A stretch of 5,302 nt of DNA from Leidyana gryllorum EB-2025a (taxonomy: Eukaryota > Protista > Apicomplexa). How positions within the stretch are numbered: the stretch's first letter is position 1; the number at the start of each line of letters is the position of its first letter. Of the stretch, positions 5,117 to 5,302 are shown in pieces. The position numbers were made by a program, and so were the translations under genes. Below the pieces are notes generated by a model. The model worked only from the letters and a program-made list of their open reading frames with translations, was not told the origin of the DNA and did not search any database. The DNA lies in NCBI GenBank assembly GCA_048772705.1, contig JBLWGC010000197.1, positions 1 through 5,302 on the forward strand, read 5' to 3'.

Positions 5117-5224
5117 ATGGAGAGGCTTCGGTCATCTCGATACTCGTGGGGTGAAAGAAGTCTTCGATCTCAGAACCTCCCCCAAACCGTTGTGAAAAAG
5201 TGCCAGCGAGTAAGAGATGTCGTC

Positions 5225-5302
5225 GGCGAGGTGGCCGAGTGCTTAAGGCGGCGGCCTGCTAAGCCGTTGGGTTCCACCCGCGTGAGTTCGAATCTCACCC
5301 TT
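5225..5302 (+). tRNA. tRNA-Ser(GCT), 3' end cut by window edge
   Basis: GGCGAGGTGGCCGAGTGCTTAAGGCG-GCGGC-CTGCTAA-GCCGT, variable arm GGGTTCCACCC, GTGAG-TTCGAAT-CTCAC. Confidence 0.88.

Noticed and set aside
1-5302. CRISPR array or simple tandem repeat
   Set aside because: Recurrent motifs (GGTTCGA/TCGAACC) are tRNA T-loops on both strands with no fixed repeat-spacer period.
1-5302. Bacterial, phage or organellar tRNA array
   Set aside because: Eukaryotic-type initiator tRNA, seven A34 anticodon types, A54-type Ala T-loop and mixed strands argue for eukaryotic cytosolic genes. A eukaryotic virus origin is not strictly excluded.
1-5302. tRNA-derived SINE cluster
   Set aside because: Many different isotypes, no shared body or tail, no poly-A tails or target-site duplications seen. 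Copies move as multi-gene blocks with flanks.

Overview
This window is non-coding. It is a very dense, mixed-orientation array of about 40 eukaryotic cytosolic-type tRNA genes and tRNA pseudogenes, roughly one per 130 bp, covering 15 amino acids plus initiator Met. No 3' CCA is encoded and no introns were seen. Eukaryotic signatures are the A34 anticodons (ACG, AGC, AGA, AGT, AGG, AAC, AAG) and a eukaryotic-type initiator tRNA (A1-U72, three G-C anticodon-stem pairs, AUCG T-loop). The array is built from duplicated multi-gene modules with conserved spacers (Lys-Glu-Thr-iMet-Pro-Ala; Pro-Ala-[Gly]-Asn; Asp-Leu). Paralogues in these modules have decayed reciprocally, switched anticodons or recombined into chimeras. 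Most genes lack an adjacent Pol III oligo-T terminator. All supplied ORFs appear to be shadows of tRNA sequence. tRNAs were folded by eye, so ends are +/-1-2 nt for intact genes and approximate for pseudogenes. The organism cannot be determined from the sequence alone.
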